41,327 nt of DNA, taken from an uncultured Gammaproteobacteria bacterium. Its GTDB lineage: Bacteria > Patescibacteriota > Patescibacteriia > UBA9934. Below the pieces are notes generated by a model, which had not been told where the DNA came from, searched no databases, and saw nothing but the letters and a program-made list of their open reading frames with translations. This document shows, piece by piece, positions 33,805 to 41,327 of the stretch. Made by a program: the position numbers and the translations under genes. Numbering within the stretch: position 1 is the stretch's first letter; every line of letters begins with the position of its first letter. The stretch lies in the NCBI GenBank assembly GCA_964425965.1, contig CAYROW010000001.1, positions 9,082 through 50,408 of the forward strand. Reading direction: 5' to 3'.

Positions 33805-34371
33805 ATGATCATCGCGCTCTCCGGTTTTTCTGGCACTGGAAAGACCACCATTAAGAATCTTCTTGCGGCGCAACTTGGCCTCAAGTCATATTCCATGGGG
33901 GATCTCCGGGGAAGGATGGCGATGGAGCGTGGGATTACCATCGACGAATTAAATGCGCTTGGCATGGAGGACGCCTCGACAGATCGCGAGGTTGATGAAT
34001 TCCAGACAACACTAGGCAATACCGAGGACAATTTCATCATCGATGGGTGGCTTTCGTGGCATTTCATTCCCCGCGCCTTTAAAATACAGCTCACCGTTGA
34101 TCCGAGGATCGCGGCAGAGCGGATTTACCACGCCAAGAAAAACGAGCCGGGAAGGGACGATGAACCGGAGTTTTCTTCTGTGGCTGAAACGGAACGTATT
34201 TTGGCCGATCGCCTGCAACAAAGCGAGGAAAGATACAAGAAATGGTACGGTTTTTCCTTGAAAAACGACGGAAAGTACGATCTTGTCGTCGATACCACCC
34301 ACCGAACGCCAAACGAGATTGTCGAGATTATCCTTGCGGCCATCCCCAAAAATCTTGACCCTCAGCCATAA
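33805..34371 (+). CDS. Cytidylate kinase-like / AAA-family nucleotide kinase
   Basis: P-loop GFSGTGKTT, and the size and layout of the archaeal-type (d)CMP kinase family. Confidence 0.7.
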   Translation: MIIALSGFSGTGKTTIKNLLAAQLGLKSYSMGDLRGRMAMERGITIDELNALGMEDASTDREVDEFQTTLGNTEDNFIIDGWLSWHFIPRAFKIQLTVDPRIAAERIYHAKKNEPGRDDEPEFSSVAETERILADRLQQSEERYKKWYGFSLKNDGKYDLVVDTTHRTPNEIVEIILAAIPKNLDPQP

Positions 34372-34412
34372 TTCCGCTATCCTTTCGCAATCTTTAGGAA
34401 CCCAACAGAACT

Positions 34413-34754
34413 ATGACCGACGCAATCGAAACCACCGACATCATGCCAACCGTCGAAACCGGCATGGTGATCCGTATTCACGAAAAAATCCAAGACGTCA
34501 ACGCGAAGGGCGAACCACGCGAACGTATCCAGATCTTTGAGGGTCTCGTCACCGCAACCCGCGGCGCTGGCGCATCAAAGTCGTTCGTTGTCCGCAAGGA
34601 GAGCAACGGATTCGGCGTTGAGAAGATTTTCCCAACCACTTCGCCGGTCATCACCAAGATCGAAGTCGTGAAGCGCTACAAGGTCCGCAAGCGCAAGTTG
34701 AACTTCATGAAAGACTTCGGCCGCAAGCTCCGCGAACTCGTCGTGAAGAAATAA
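34413..34754 (+). CDS. rplS: 50S ribosomal protein L19
   Basis: RIQIFEGLVTATRGAGASKSFVVRKESNGFGVEKIFPTTSPVITKIEVV matches the L19 core. Confidence 0.93.
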   Translation: MTDAIETTDIMPTVETGMVIRIHEKIQDVNAKGEPRERIQIFEGLVTATRGAGASKSFVVRKESNGFGVEKIFPTTSPVITKIEVVKRYKVRKRKLNFMKDFGRKLRELVVKK

Positions 34755-34767
34755 TGACGGTCCCTTC

Positions 34768-34798
34768 AAAAACACCTCCGATTGTCGGAGGTGTTTTT
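34768..34798. terminator. Bidirectional terminator between rplS and the Cys-rich protein gene
   Basis: AAAAACACCTCCGA-ttg-TCGGAGGTGTTTTT. Confidence 0.8.
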
Positions 34799-34814
34799 GT
34801 GTAATGAACACATG

Positions 34815-36191
34815 TTATATCGCTGGCTCGCAACCGAACTCCGCGCTCTTATACTCACATCGAACCGGAGCGTCAGGATCAGACGTCAACACGTCCTTAC
34901 CAATAAGACACTTGTCTTGATTACAAATTTTCTCAAGTAAGGCCGCGCCTTCTGTCGACAGAATCGATGACGTCGTCCCGCTATATCCAAACTGTAAATC
35001 ATCGTAAACATCACAGCCAACCATCGTATCGCTTCCGTCACGCGACTCCGCAGCCTTTGTTCGAAGACCGCTACAATTGAATCCTTGATAGTCGCTTGAA
35101 AGTGATCCGAGCCCGGATCCTGCAGTTATACAGGACTGAATTGTCGCATCATATTCACAATACGTCTGATGTTCGCCGTTTGATCCTCCATCAAACTCTT
35201 GCATTGCACCACAAACAGAATCTGAGGCCAGTGAACTCGGAATATCGAAGCATGACGTGCATGTTTTCGTCCCCTCCACTGACACACACGATCTTCCGTC
35301 GTCACAATAGATATAACTACAAACATTTCCATCTTTCCACGAGCCAACAACCCCGTCTTTTAAGTGCTCCGAGTCCGTGATCGTTCCAGTTCCCCCACAG
35401 ACTGTTGTTCCTGGAGGAGTATTCACCGTAATGCCGTATCCTGCTTCGTCGTGAAGCGTTTCACATGACGACGCAGCGTCAAGAAGCATCACTTCGCGAA
35501 TCATTGGTACTTTCAGCGAATTAAAGACAGTTAAGCGCGGATCAATAAGGTTAAGAATAACGAAGATGCTCAGGAGGATCACAATGCCGGTAATAGCATT
35601 CGTGATACGTGTCTTTGCCTTTTCAATATATTTACTCTTTCCGCGAGAAAGGACGTACTGCAGGCCACCAATCATCATCATGACCACCGCAACCAATGAC
35701 GCTGCCGGAAGAAGCCAGGTGTAAATAACATTAATGTACGTTGGAAGATTTTCAATTTCAGTAATGTTGCCAATAGGAACATTCAGCGTGTACGGCGTTT
35801 CGCCAGCATAACAATATTTCCGTTCTTTCAGGCCAGTCTTCGTCTTTGTACAGTCGTACGGCATGCCTTCTGACGTGTCCCACGTTGCGTGAATTGTTGA
35901 CCCATGGCTCTCTCCTGTCCACGCCTTACACTGTTCTTCAGTCCAGCATTTTGGATTTTCATCCGGGTAAAACGCTTTGTCTGTAAAACACCCAACGAAC
36001 TGAGTATTTGTATCAGCGCACGTCTGCTGACACTGTTGCCTCGTCATCGCATCTGCATCAACCGCGCCACTACCTTGTGATCCACAAAAACATTCACATG
36101 TCGACGTCGACGCAAAAGACACCTTTGGAGAAAAGGTGAAGAGCGCCACCAAGGCAGCGACCACACAAAGGCTACGTTTTACGCATGGCAT
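34815..36191 (-). CDS. Cys-rich surface protein with a central T4SS-pilin-like (TrbC/VirB2-type) two-TM hairpin
   Basis: The likely start is the ATG at 36191 (MPCVKRSLCVVAALVALFTFSPKVSFA, a signal peptide). The central YTWLLPAASLVAVVMMMIGGLQYVLSRGKSKYIEKAKTRITNAITGIVILLSIFVILNLI resembles CPR T4SS pilin modules. It is flanked by domains with 10 and 16 cysteines. Confidence 0.7.
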   Translation of the reverse strand: MPCVKRSLCVVAALVALFTFSPKVSFASTSTCECFCGSQGSGAVDADAMTRQQCQQTCADTNTQFVGCFTDKAFYPDENPKCWTEEQCKAWTGESHGSTIHATWDTSEGMPYDCTKTKTGLKERKYCYAGETPYTLNVPIGNITEIENLPTYINVIYTWLLPAASLVAVVMMMIGGLQYVLSRGKSKYIEKAKTRITNAITGIVILLSIFVILNLIDPRLTVFNSLKVPMIREVMLLDAASSCETLHDEAGYGITVNTPPGTTVCGGTGTITDSEHLKDGVVGSWKDGNVCSYIYCDDGRSCVSVEGTKTCTSCFDIPSSLASDSVCGAMQEFDGGSNGEHQTYCEYDATIQSCITAGSGLGSLSSDYQGFNCSGLRTKAAESRDGSDTMVGCDVYDDLQFGYSGTTSSILSTEGAALLEKICNQDKCLIGKDVLTSDPDAPVRCEYKSAEFGCEPAI

Positions 36192-36963
36192 CGAGAATTT
36201 GGGTAAAAATAGTGAATGGGATTGATCCTTCAACTTTTTCTCCGTTAAAGAAGAATGTCGGCGTACCAACAACGCCAGCCTCAACACCGTCTGCGCCGTC
36301 GGCGGTTACGTCGTTCGCATAATAGTCGCCATCCAAGCATCGACCGAATGCTTTCATATCAAGGCCAATGGATTCTGCAACCGCATTCACTGTTTCGACG
36401 CCCAGGACGTCACTCGTCGCGAACACTGCATCATGATACTCCCAAAACTTCCCCTGCTCTGCGGCACAACCCCCAGCCTCAGCAGCAATTGTTGCGCCAG
36501 GATGCAAATCTTCTAACGGGAAATTTCGGAAAATCACCCGAACGTCGTCGCGATATTGCTGCGCAATAGCACGGACAATTGGCGCAACTTCTTTTGAGTA
36601 TGGGCACCCGAAGTCGCCAAACTCCACGATGGTGATTTTTGCACCTTTTGTCCCCAATGATGGATCGCTTGCTCCAATAAGTGCCGCGGTGTCGGTATTT
36701 GTAGCCGCCTTTGTAGCAAACGCTGCAACCTTTCGGGTGAAGCTCGTTGTTGTATACGCAAGTGCCGGATTAATACTGCCGTCACGAATGTCGCGATAAA
36801 ACCCGAACACGCGCCAAGAAAACCCCAAAACAATGCCAATGACCAAAACAAAGCCAACGAGCCCAAGAATGCGGCTCGCGGACCACCAAGAACGCCTTGG
36901 AGGTTCTGGCGGAACCGGAAGCAAGCTGATTTCCTCGATCTCCTCCATATCTGCACGAATCAT
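36172..36963 (-). CDS. DsbA-like thioredoxin-fold protein with monothiol CPYS active site, membrane-anchored
   Basis: It is a paralog of the 15937 DsbA (VEFGDFGCPYSKEVAP against VEYSDFQCPACGAYFP). I verified the Ser codon TCA in the DNA. It has an N-terminal TM anchor. Confidence 0.8.
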   Translation of the reverse strand: MIRADMEEIEEISLLPVPPEPPRRSWWSASRILGLVGFVLVIGIVLGFSWRVFGFYRDIRDGSINPALAYTTTSFTRKVAAFATKAATNTDTAALIGASDPSLGTKGAKITIVEFGDFGCPYSKEVAPIVRAIAQQYRDDVRVIFRNFPLEDLHPGATIAAEAGGCAAEQGKFWEYHDAVFATSDVLGVETVNAVAESIGLDMKAFGRCLDGDYYANDVTADGADGVEAGVVGTPTFFFNGEKVEGSIPFTIFTQILDAMRKT

Positions 36964-37023
36964 AGCATAATTTCATGACCTGATCTTTACGGGCCATCCC
37001 CAATTTGATATGCTTTACGCACT

Positions 37024-37239
37024 ATGATTCTCGATATTCTCCAGGTGGTTCTTGCCCTTCTTTTAACCGGAGCGATCCTGCTTCAGGCTCGCGGAACAAA
37101 CGTCGGTCTCGCATTTGGCGGAGACGGCAGCTTCTACCGCACGCGCCGCGGCATTGAGAAAAAGTTGCACATTGCAACAATTGTTGTCGCTGTCCTCTTC
37201 TTTGCGACCGCATTGGCAAACAGCCTTTTCACGTTCTAG
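37024..37239 (+). CDS. secG: Preprotein translocase subunit SecG
   Basis: 71 aa with two TM segments. LLQARGTNVGLAFGGDGSFYRTRRGIEKKL is the SecG signature loop. Confidence 0.85.
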   Translation: MILDILQVVLALLLTGAILLQARGTNVGLAFGGDGSFYRTRRGIEKKLHIATIVVAVLFFATALANSLFTF

Positions 37240-37317
37240 ATTCTCCTTCATATTTCGCACTCTTTTTCCTCTATCCGTGCGCGGTGCTCTCGTTGGATCG
37301 CTTCGATCCGCTCTTTT

Positions 37318-39069
37318 GTGCAAAAAAAAGAACGCGCATCCGCTCGTACGGTTGCGGTTCGACAGATCGTTAGCCTTCGCGGAAGTCGATTCCCGACGTG
37401 GAAACAGTGGAAAGAGCTCCCCCGATTTCTCTCTCCAAAAGAACGGCAAACATTCGGCATAGCATTACTGCTCTGTATTCTTTCTGGCGCAACCCTCGGC
37501 GTACGATTGTGGCTTTCGCATGAAACATTGCTCGCGGCCGTTGGAGGATCGTATACCGAAGGTGCGCTCGGTACTCCGCAATATATTAACCCGCTTTATG
37601 CAACCGGGAGCGACGTCGATAGCGACTTAACTCGCCTTATTTTCTCCGGATTAATGCGATACGACGAGCACCATGCTCTTGTTCCAGACCTTGCCGAGAG
37701 TTACGCCGTTTCCGACGATCAAAAAACATACACGTTCACTTTGCGAAACAATGCGTATTGGCACGACAACGAGCCTGTCACAAGCGCAGACGTGCTCTTC
37801 ACTATCAGCGCTATTCAAAATCCGGAATATCACAGCCCACTTTCTGTCAGTTTCGCGGGCTCGAGCGTTGAAACACCAGACAACCGTACCGTCGTTTTCA
37901 CGCTCGAAGAACCGTTCGCGCCATTTCTTGCAGCACTTACCGTCGGCATTCTTCCTGCGCACCTCTGGGAAGAGATCTCCCCGCAAAGCGCTCCCCTTGC
38001 GCAATTCAACATCAAGCCCGTCGGCAGCGGCCCATTCATGTTCTCGAAACTCGCAAAAGACAACAAAGGCTCTCTTCGAAGCTACACCGTTGAACGTAAT
38101 CCGTCGTTCTATCGCGGAACCGTATACCTCAACGACATCACCTTAAAGTTCTACAGCTCCCTTCAAGAATTAACGGACGCAGTTCGAAACAAGAATGTTG
38201 AAGGCGCCTCGGTTCTTGCGGCGGGAGATGCGCAAAGTCTTTCACACGACGGAGTCATTGCGCTCGGAGCTCCACAGCTCTCACAATTCACTGCCGCATT
38301 CTTTAACCAGAAGCAGTCTGCTGCACTTGCCGATGACAATGTTCGTCAAGCGCTCGTCCTCGCAACAGATCGCACACTTGTTGCTCAAGCATCAGCAGGG
38401 GCGTACGCAACGCCTATCGTCTCTCCTCTTCTTCCTGACATGCCAGGGTACTCGGCCACTGCAATTCCAAACGGAGACACCGAGGGCGCAAAAGGCCTCC
38501 TCGAAAGCAAGGGGTGGACTATTGCCGACGGCGCAACGGTACGAGCGAAATCTGGAACAACACTTGATCTGACCATTACGACGCTCGACTCTCCTGATCT
38601 GATCGCTGCTGCAACAGAATTACAGCGCGAGTGGAACGCTATTGGCGCCAACGTCTCTATTGAGCCTATTGATCAGACAACCCTTCAGAACGACGTCCTT
38701 AAAAACCACACATTCGACATTCTCCTTGCCGGTGAACGCTACGGCGCATATCCCGATCTCTATCCGTTCTGGCATTCATCACAAATGACATACCCAGGCC
38801 TCAACTTAAGCGGTCTGGCAAACCGAAAACTCGATACCGCCATTGAAGCGGCACGAACGAGCACTGATCCTTCAAAGGCGGCCGAGGCCGGAACGCTTCT
38901 CACAGAAGCATTCACCGAAGAACAGCCAGCAATCATGCTCTATCAGCCAAAGTACCTCTACGCGCTCAGTCCAAAACTCTTTGGCACAACCGTCAGCGCC
39001 GTCTCGGTTCCCTCTGACCGCTTCGCGAATGTCGAAGGGTGGTACCGGAAGACAAAAATATCACTCTAA
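37318..39069 (+). CDS. ABC transporter substrate-binding protein, family 5 (peptide/nickel type), no cognate permease in window
   Basis: YTFTLRNNAYWHDNEPVTSADVLFTI and the overall length fit SBP_bac_5. It has an N-terminal TM anchor. The start is uncertain; the track start is a GTG. Confidence 0.8.
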   Translation: MQKKERASARTVAVRQIVSLRGSRFPTWKQWKELPRFLSPKERQTFGIALLLCILSGATLGVRLWLSHETLLAAVGGSYTEGALGTPQYINPLYATGSDVDSDLTRLIFSGLMRYDEHHALVPDLAESYAVSDDQKTYTFTLRNNAYWHDNEPVTSADVLFTISAIQNPEYHSPLSVSFAGSSVETPDNRTVVFTLEEPFAPFLAALTVGILPAHLWEEISPQSAPLAQFNIKPVGSGPFMFSKLAKDNKGSLRSYTVERNPSFYRGTVYLNDITLKFYSSLQELTDAVRNKNVEGASVLAAGDAQSLSHDGVIALGAPQLSQFTAAFFNQKQSAALADDNVRQALVLATDRTLVAQASAGAYATPIVSPLLPDMPGYSATAIPNGDTEGAKGLLESKGWTIADGATVRAKSGTTLDLTITTLDSPDLIAAATELQREWNAIGANVSIEPIDQTTLQNDVLKNHTFDILLAGERYGAYPDLYPFWHSSQMTYPGLNLSGLANRKLDTAIEAARTSTDPSKAAEAGTLLTEAFTEEQPAIMLYQPKYLYALSPKLFGTTVSAVSVPSDRFANVEGWYRKTKISL

Positions 39070-39071
39070 AC

Positions 39072-39101
39072 AAAAAACCATCGCAAACGCGATGGTTTTT
39101 T
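39072..39101. terminator. Bidirectional terminator
   Basis: AAAAAACCATCGC-aaac-GCGATGGTTTTTT. Confidence 0.8.
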
Positions 39102-39102
39102 G

Positions 39103-39189
39103 TGGTGCGGATGGGGAGACTCGAACTCCCAAGTCGGTGAAGACATAGGCTTCTGAGACCTACGCGTATACCAATTCCGCCACATCCGC
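39103..39189 (-). tRNA. tRNA-Leu (anticodon CAG), type II, CCA encoded
   Basis: Minus strand: GCGGATG-TG-GCGGAATTGGTATACGC-G-TAGGT-CTCAGAA-GCCTA-long arm-GGGAG-TTCGAGT-CTCCC-CATCCGC-A-CCA. Confidence 0.85.
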
Positions 39190-39280
39190 AGGGCGAACAG
39201 GGCGCACTGTACAATATTTCACTCATTTTGCCCACCCTCAGCCTTCTTGATTTCACACGCCTTTGCTACACTGCCCCCAT

Positions 39281-40261
39281 ATGCGAGCACTTACTGGAAT
39301 TCAACCAACAAACACTTTGCACATCGGAAACCTCTTCGGCGCACTCCTTCCAGCCGTTGAAATGCAGAAAACGTATGACTTAACGATGATGATCGTCGAT
39401 TTACACGCGATCACCGTTCCGCAAGACCCAACACAACTCCGAAAGAATATTCTCTTTCTTGCAGCCGCGTACCTCGCAGCCGGAATCGATCCAGAGAAAA
39501 CTGTACTTTTCCAACAGTCGCAGGTTCCTGCGCACGCCGAACTTGGCTGGTTACTCCAAACCGTCGGCCGCATGAGTGAGCTTGAACGCATGACGCAGTA
39601 TAAGGACAAAGCAACGGCAAAAAAAGAAAACGTCTCTGTCGGACTTTTTACGTATCCAATCCTGATGGCGGCAGATATTCTTTTGCATGACGCGGACGTT
39701 GTGCCAGTTGGCGAAGATCAAAAGCAACACGTCGAACTGACGCGCGATCTTGCTGAACGATTTAATCGCGACTTCGGCGAAACATTCATTGTGCCAAAAC
39801 CAGTAATCCGATCCGAAGGCGCACGAATTCTCGGGCTTGATAATCCAGAAAAGAAAATGAGCAAGAGTGCGGCAAGTGCAAAGAACTATATTTCGATTAC
39901 GGACGACGCTGACACTATTGCGAAGAAGATCCGCTCTGCTGTTACCGATTCCCTTCCAGGCATTACGGTCGACGATTCTCGACCAGGGCTGAAAAACTTG
40001 CTCACCATTCACTCTCTCGCGACAGGTCGATCAATCACCGATATCGCCGCAGAATTCGATAGCCAAGGAAACAAAGCATTTAAAGACGCGACCGCAACGG
40101 CGCTTATTACCTTCTTGTTGCCAATGCAGCAAAAAATGTCCGAACTTCTTGCGGACGAACCTTCGCTTGTTGCTCTTTTAGCCAAGGGCGCAGAAAAAGC
40201 GGCGGCCCAAGCAAACACCAAAATTCACCTCGCAAAGACACGAATGGGCCTTGTCTTATAA
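39281..40261 (+). CDS. trpS: Tryptophanyl-tRNA synthetase
   Basis: MRALTGIQPTNTLHIGNLFGA (HIGH-type), GEDQKQHVELTRD and KMSKS. The start is set at the ATG at 39281. Confidence 0.93.
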   Translation: MRALTGIQPTNTLHIGNLFGALLPAVEMQKTYDLTMMIVDLHAITVPQDPTQLRKNILFLAAAYLAAGIDPEKTVLFQQSQVPAHAELGWLLQTVGRMSELERMTQYKDKATAKKENVSVGLFTYPILMAADILLHDADVVPVGEDQKQHVELTRDLAERFNRDFGETFIVPKPVIRSEGARILGLDNPEKKMSKSAASAKNYISITDDADTIAKKIRSAVTDSLPGITVDDSRPGLKNLLTIHSLATGRSITDIAAEFDSQGNKAFKDATATALITFLLPMQQKMSELLADEPSLVALLAKGAEKAAAQANTKIHLAKTRMGLVL

Positions 40262-40306
40262 ACAACAAAGTTGGCGAATATTAGCCAAGAAAAGCGCTCT
40301 TTTGCA

Positions 40307-40335
40307 TTGACAAAAGGGCGTTTTTCTGCTATGAT
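40307..40335 (+). promoter_or_regulatory. Consensus sigma70 promoter TTGACA-N17-TATGAT
   Basis: Read directly. It lies 52 nt upstream of the ATG at 40388. Confidence 0.65.
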
Positions 40336-40387
40336 GGTTGTGCGAAGTTGTTCCCCGCGTCTCCCTTCCCAACCCCCGGAGCCCCTC

Positions 40388-40654
40388 ATGCTCAGTCTTC
40401 TCGCGATCGTCGTCGATGGAAAGTGGCGGTTCTTCACCGCCGTCATGACCGTGATCTCGATCATCACGCTCCTCCCGATCTGGGCGTACAACACCCGGCA
40501 CCCCGGGATGCACGTCCTCACCACCCTGGACATGAACAACGCGATGATTGCCGGGTGCCAAACGGCATTCGTCGTCGCCGCCGCGTGGCTCCTTCAGGAG
40601 CCCATCGAGGAATTCCGGCTCAAGCTCATGAGCGAGGCCGAGAACAACGCTTGA
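40388..40654 (+). CDS. Small membrane protein (88 aa, 2 TM), GC-rich cassette
   Basis: The ATG at 40388 is preceded by ccGGAGcccctc. The protein begins MLSLLAIVVDGKWRFFTAVMTVISIITLLPIW. Confidence 0.55.
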   Translation: MLSLLAIVVDGKWRFFTAVMTVISIITLLPIWAYNTRHPGMHVLTTLDMNNAMIAGCQTAFVVAAAWLLQEPIEEFRLKLMSEAENNA

Positions 40655-40775
40655 GTTCAGCAACGCCGGTTGGCTGATGCTTCCACGCGGAGCATCAGCC
40701 AGACACCAGAAGGCGCAACCCTGTTGCACAATCTGGAGCCTTCACATCAACTCTCTTTCCCCGTTCGGAGTGCCA

Positions 40776-41231
40776 ATGCTCGCGTTCGTTAAAAAGCACC
40801 AGAAGCACATCGGGATCATCCTCGCTATCTTCATCGTGAGCGCGATCTTCCGCGACCCGGCGAACCACATGGACTTCCACAAGGGGATGCAGGGATTCGT
40901 CCTGTACCTCTTCGTTGGAACGTGCAACGCCATCTACGGAATCTGGGACAGCCTCTGCTACTTCGGCAGCCAGCTCCTCGCGATCCCGGAACAGATGGAC
41001 GGATGCCCGTTCTTCGAAGCTCCCATCGGCTGGTTCATGGGCGTCGGAACGATGATCGTCGTGTCCATCGTCAACAGCCTCAAGTATTGGTTCCTCGAGC
41101 ACATCCTCACTCCGGAGTTCTGCTGGACCGTGCTCATCGCTGTCATCATCGTTGTTGCCGGAGGCGCCAAAGGCGGTGCGAAGGCTGCACCGGCCGGCGG
41201 CGGACACGGCGGTGGCGGAGGCCATCACTAG
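40776..41231 (+). CDS. Membrane protein (151 aa, about 4 TM) with Gly/His-rich C-terminal tail
   Basis: The ATG at 40776 is preceded by GGAGtgcca. The tail reads GGAKGGAKAAPAGGGHGGGGGHH. Confidence 0.55.
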   Translation: MLAFVKKHQKHIGIILAIFIVSAIFRDPANHMDFHKGMQGFVLYLFVGTCNAIYGIWDSLCYFGSQLLAIPEQMDGCPFFEAPIGWFMGVGTMIVVSIVNSLKYWFLEHILTPEFCWTVLIAVIIVVAGGAKGGAKAAPAGGGHGGGGGHH

Positions 41232-41269
41232 AAAACGGGTCGAGACACAACGCAATGCGTCTCGACCAA

Positions 41270-41310
41270 CCCCCAGAACATTCGAGATTCTCGAGTGTCC
41301 TGGGGGTTTT
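41270..41310 (+). terminator. Rho-independent terminator of the two-gene cassette
   Basis: CCCCCAG...CTGGGGG followed by TTTT. A second hairpin, GGTCGAGAC...GTCTCGACC (41238-41267), precedes it. Confidence 0.7.
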
Positions 41311-41327
41311 GAGTTTACAAAACGGAA

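Noticed and set aside
36595-36597. Selenocysteine or recoding at the second active-site position of the DsbA paralog
   Set aside because: The codon is TCA (Ser), not TGA, so this is a genuine CxxS site unless the read contains an error.

Overview
This 41.3-kb window comes from a small-genome bacterium, probably a CPR/Patescibacteria-type organism. That placement is an inference from gene content: a T4SS-pilin-like protein, a DsbA-VKOR pair, orphan surface proteins, CCA-encoding tRNAs and housekeeping genes that mostly lack Shine-Dalgarno sequences. UGA is a stop codon, since an intact RF2 is present and TGA stops are used.

Positions 1-23.9 kb are almost all minus-strand housekeeping genes: rsmA, a GalE-like epimerase, prfB, groES-groEL, an O-antigen-ligase-like protein, yidC, nusA, yraN, two tRNAs, dsbA-VKOR, bactofilin and a valS-tyrS-argS run.

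The right half holds a DHH-family protein, a CCA-enzyme-like protein, three more tRNAs (one is the rare tRNA-Ile with anticodon UAU), rluD, a cmk-like kinase, rplS, a Cys-rich pilin-like surface protein next to a CxxS DsbA-like protein, secG, an orphan family-5 solute-binding protein and trpS.

The most unusual region is 23.95-28.5 kb. It is visibly more GC-rich than its surroundings. Four divergent paralogous genes on the plus strand (P1-P4), plus a decayed fifth stub, converge on two divergent paralogous genes on the minus strand (Q1-Q2). I can place none of them in a named family. Apart from P4, which is coupled to P3, each gene has its own near-consensus sigma70 promoter, and all six have a strong SD; each transcription unit ends in a GC-rich hairpin terminator. 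The non-coding parts are better conserved than the coding parts. A second GC-rich cassette of the same style (40.3-41.3 kb) encodes two small membrane proteins.

All calls come from reading the sequence and the ORF track by eye. No database search or folding program was run.
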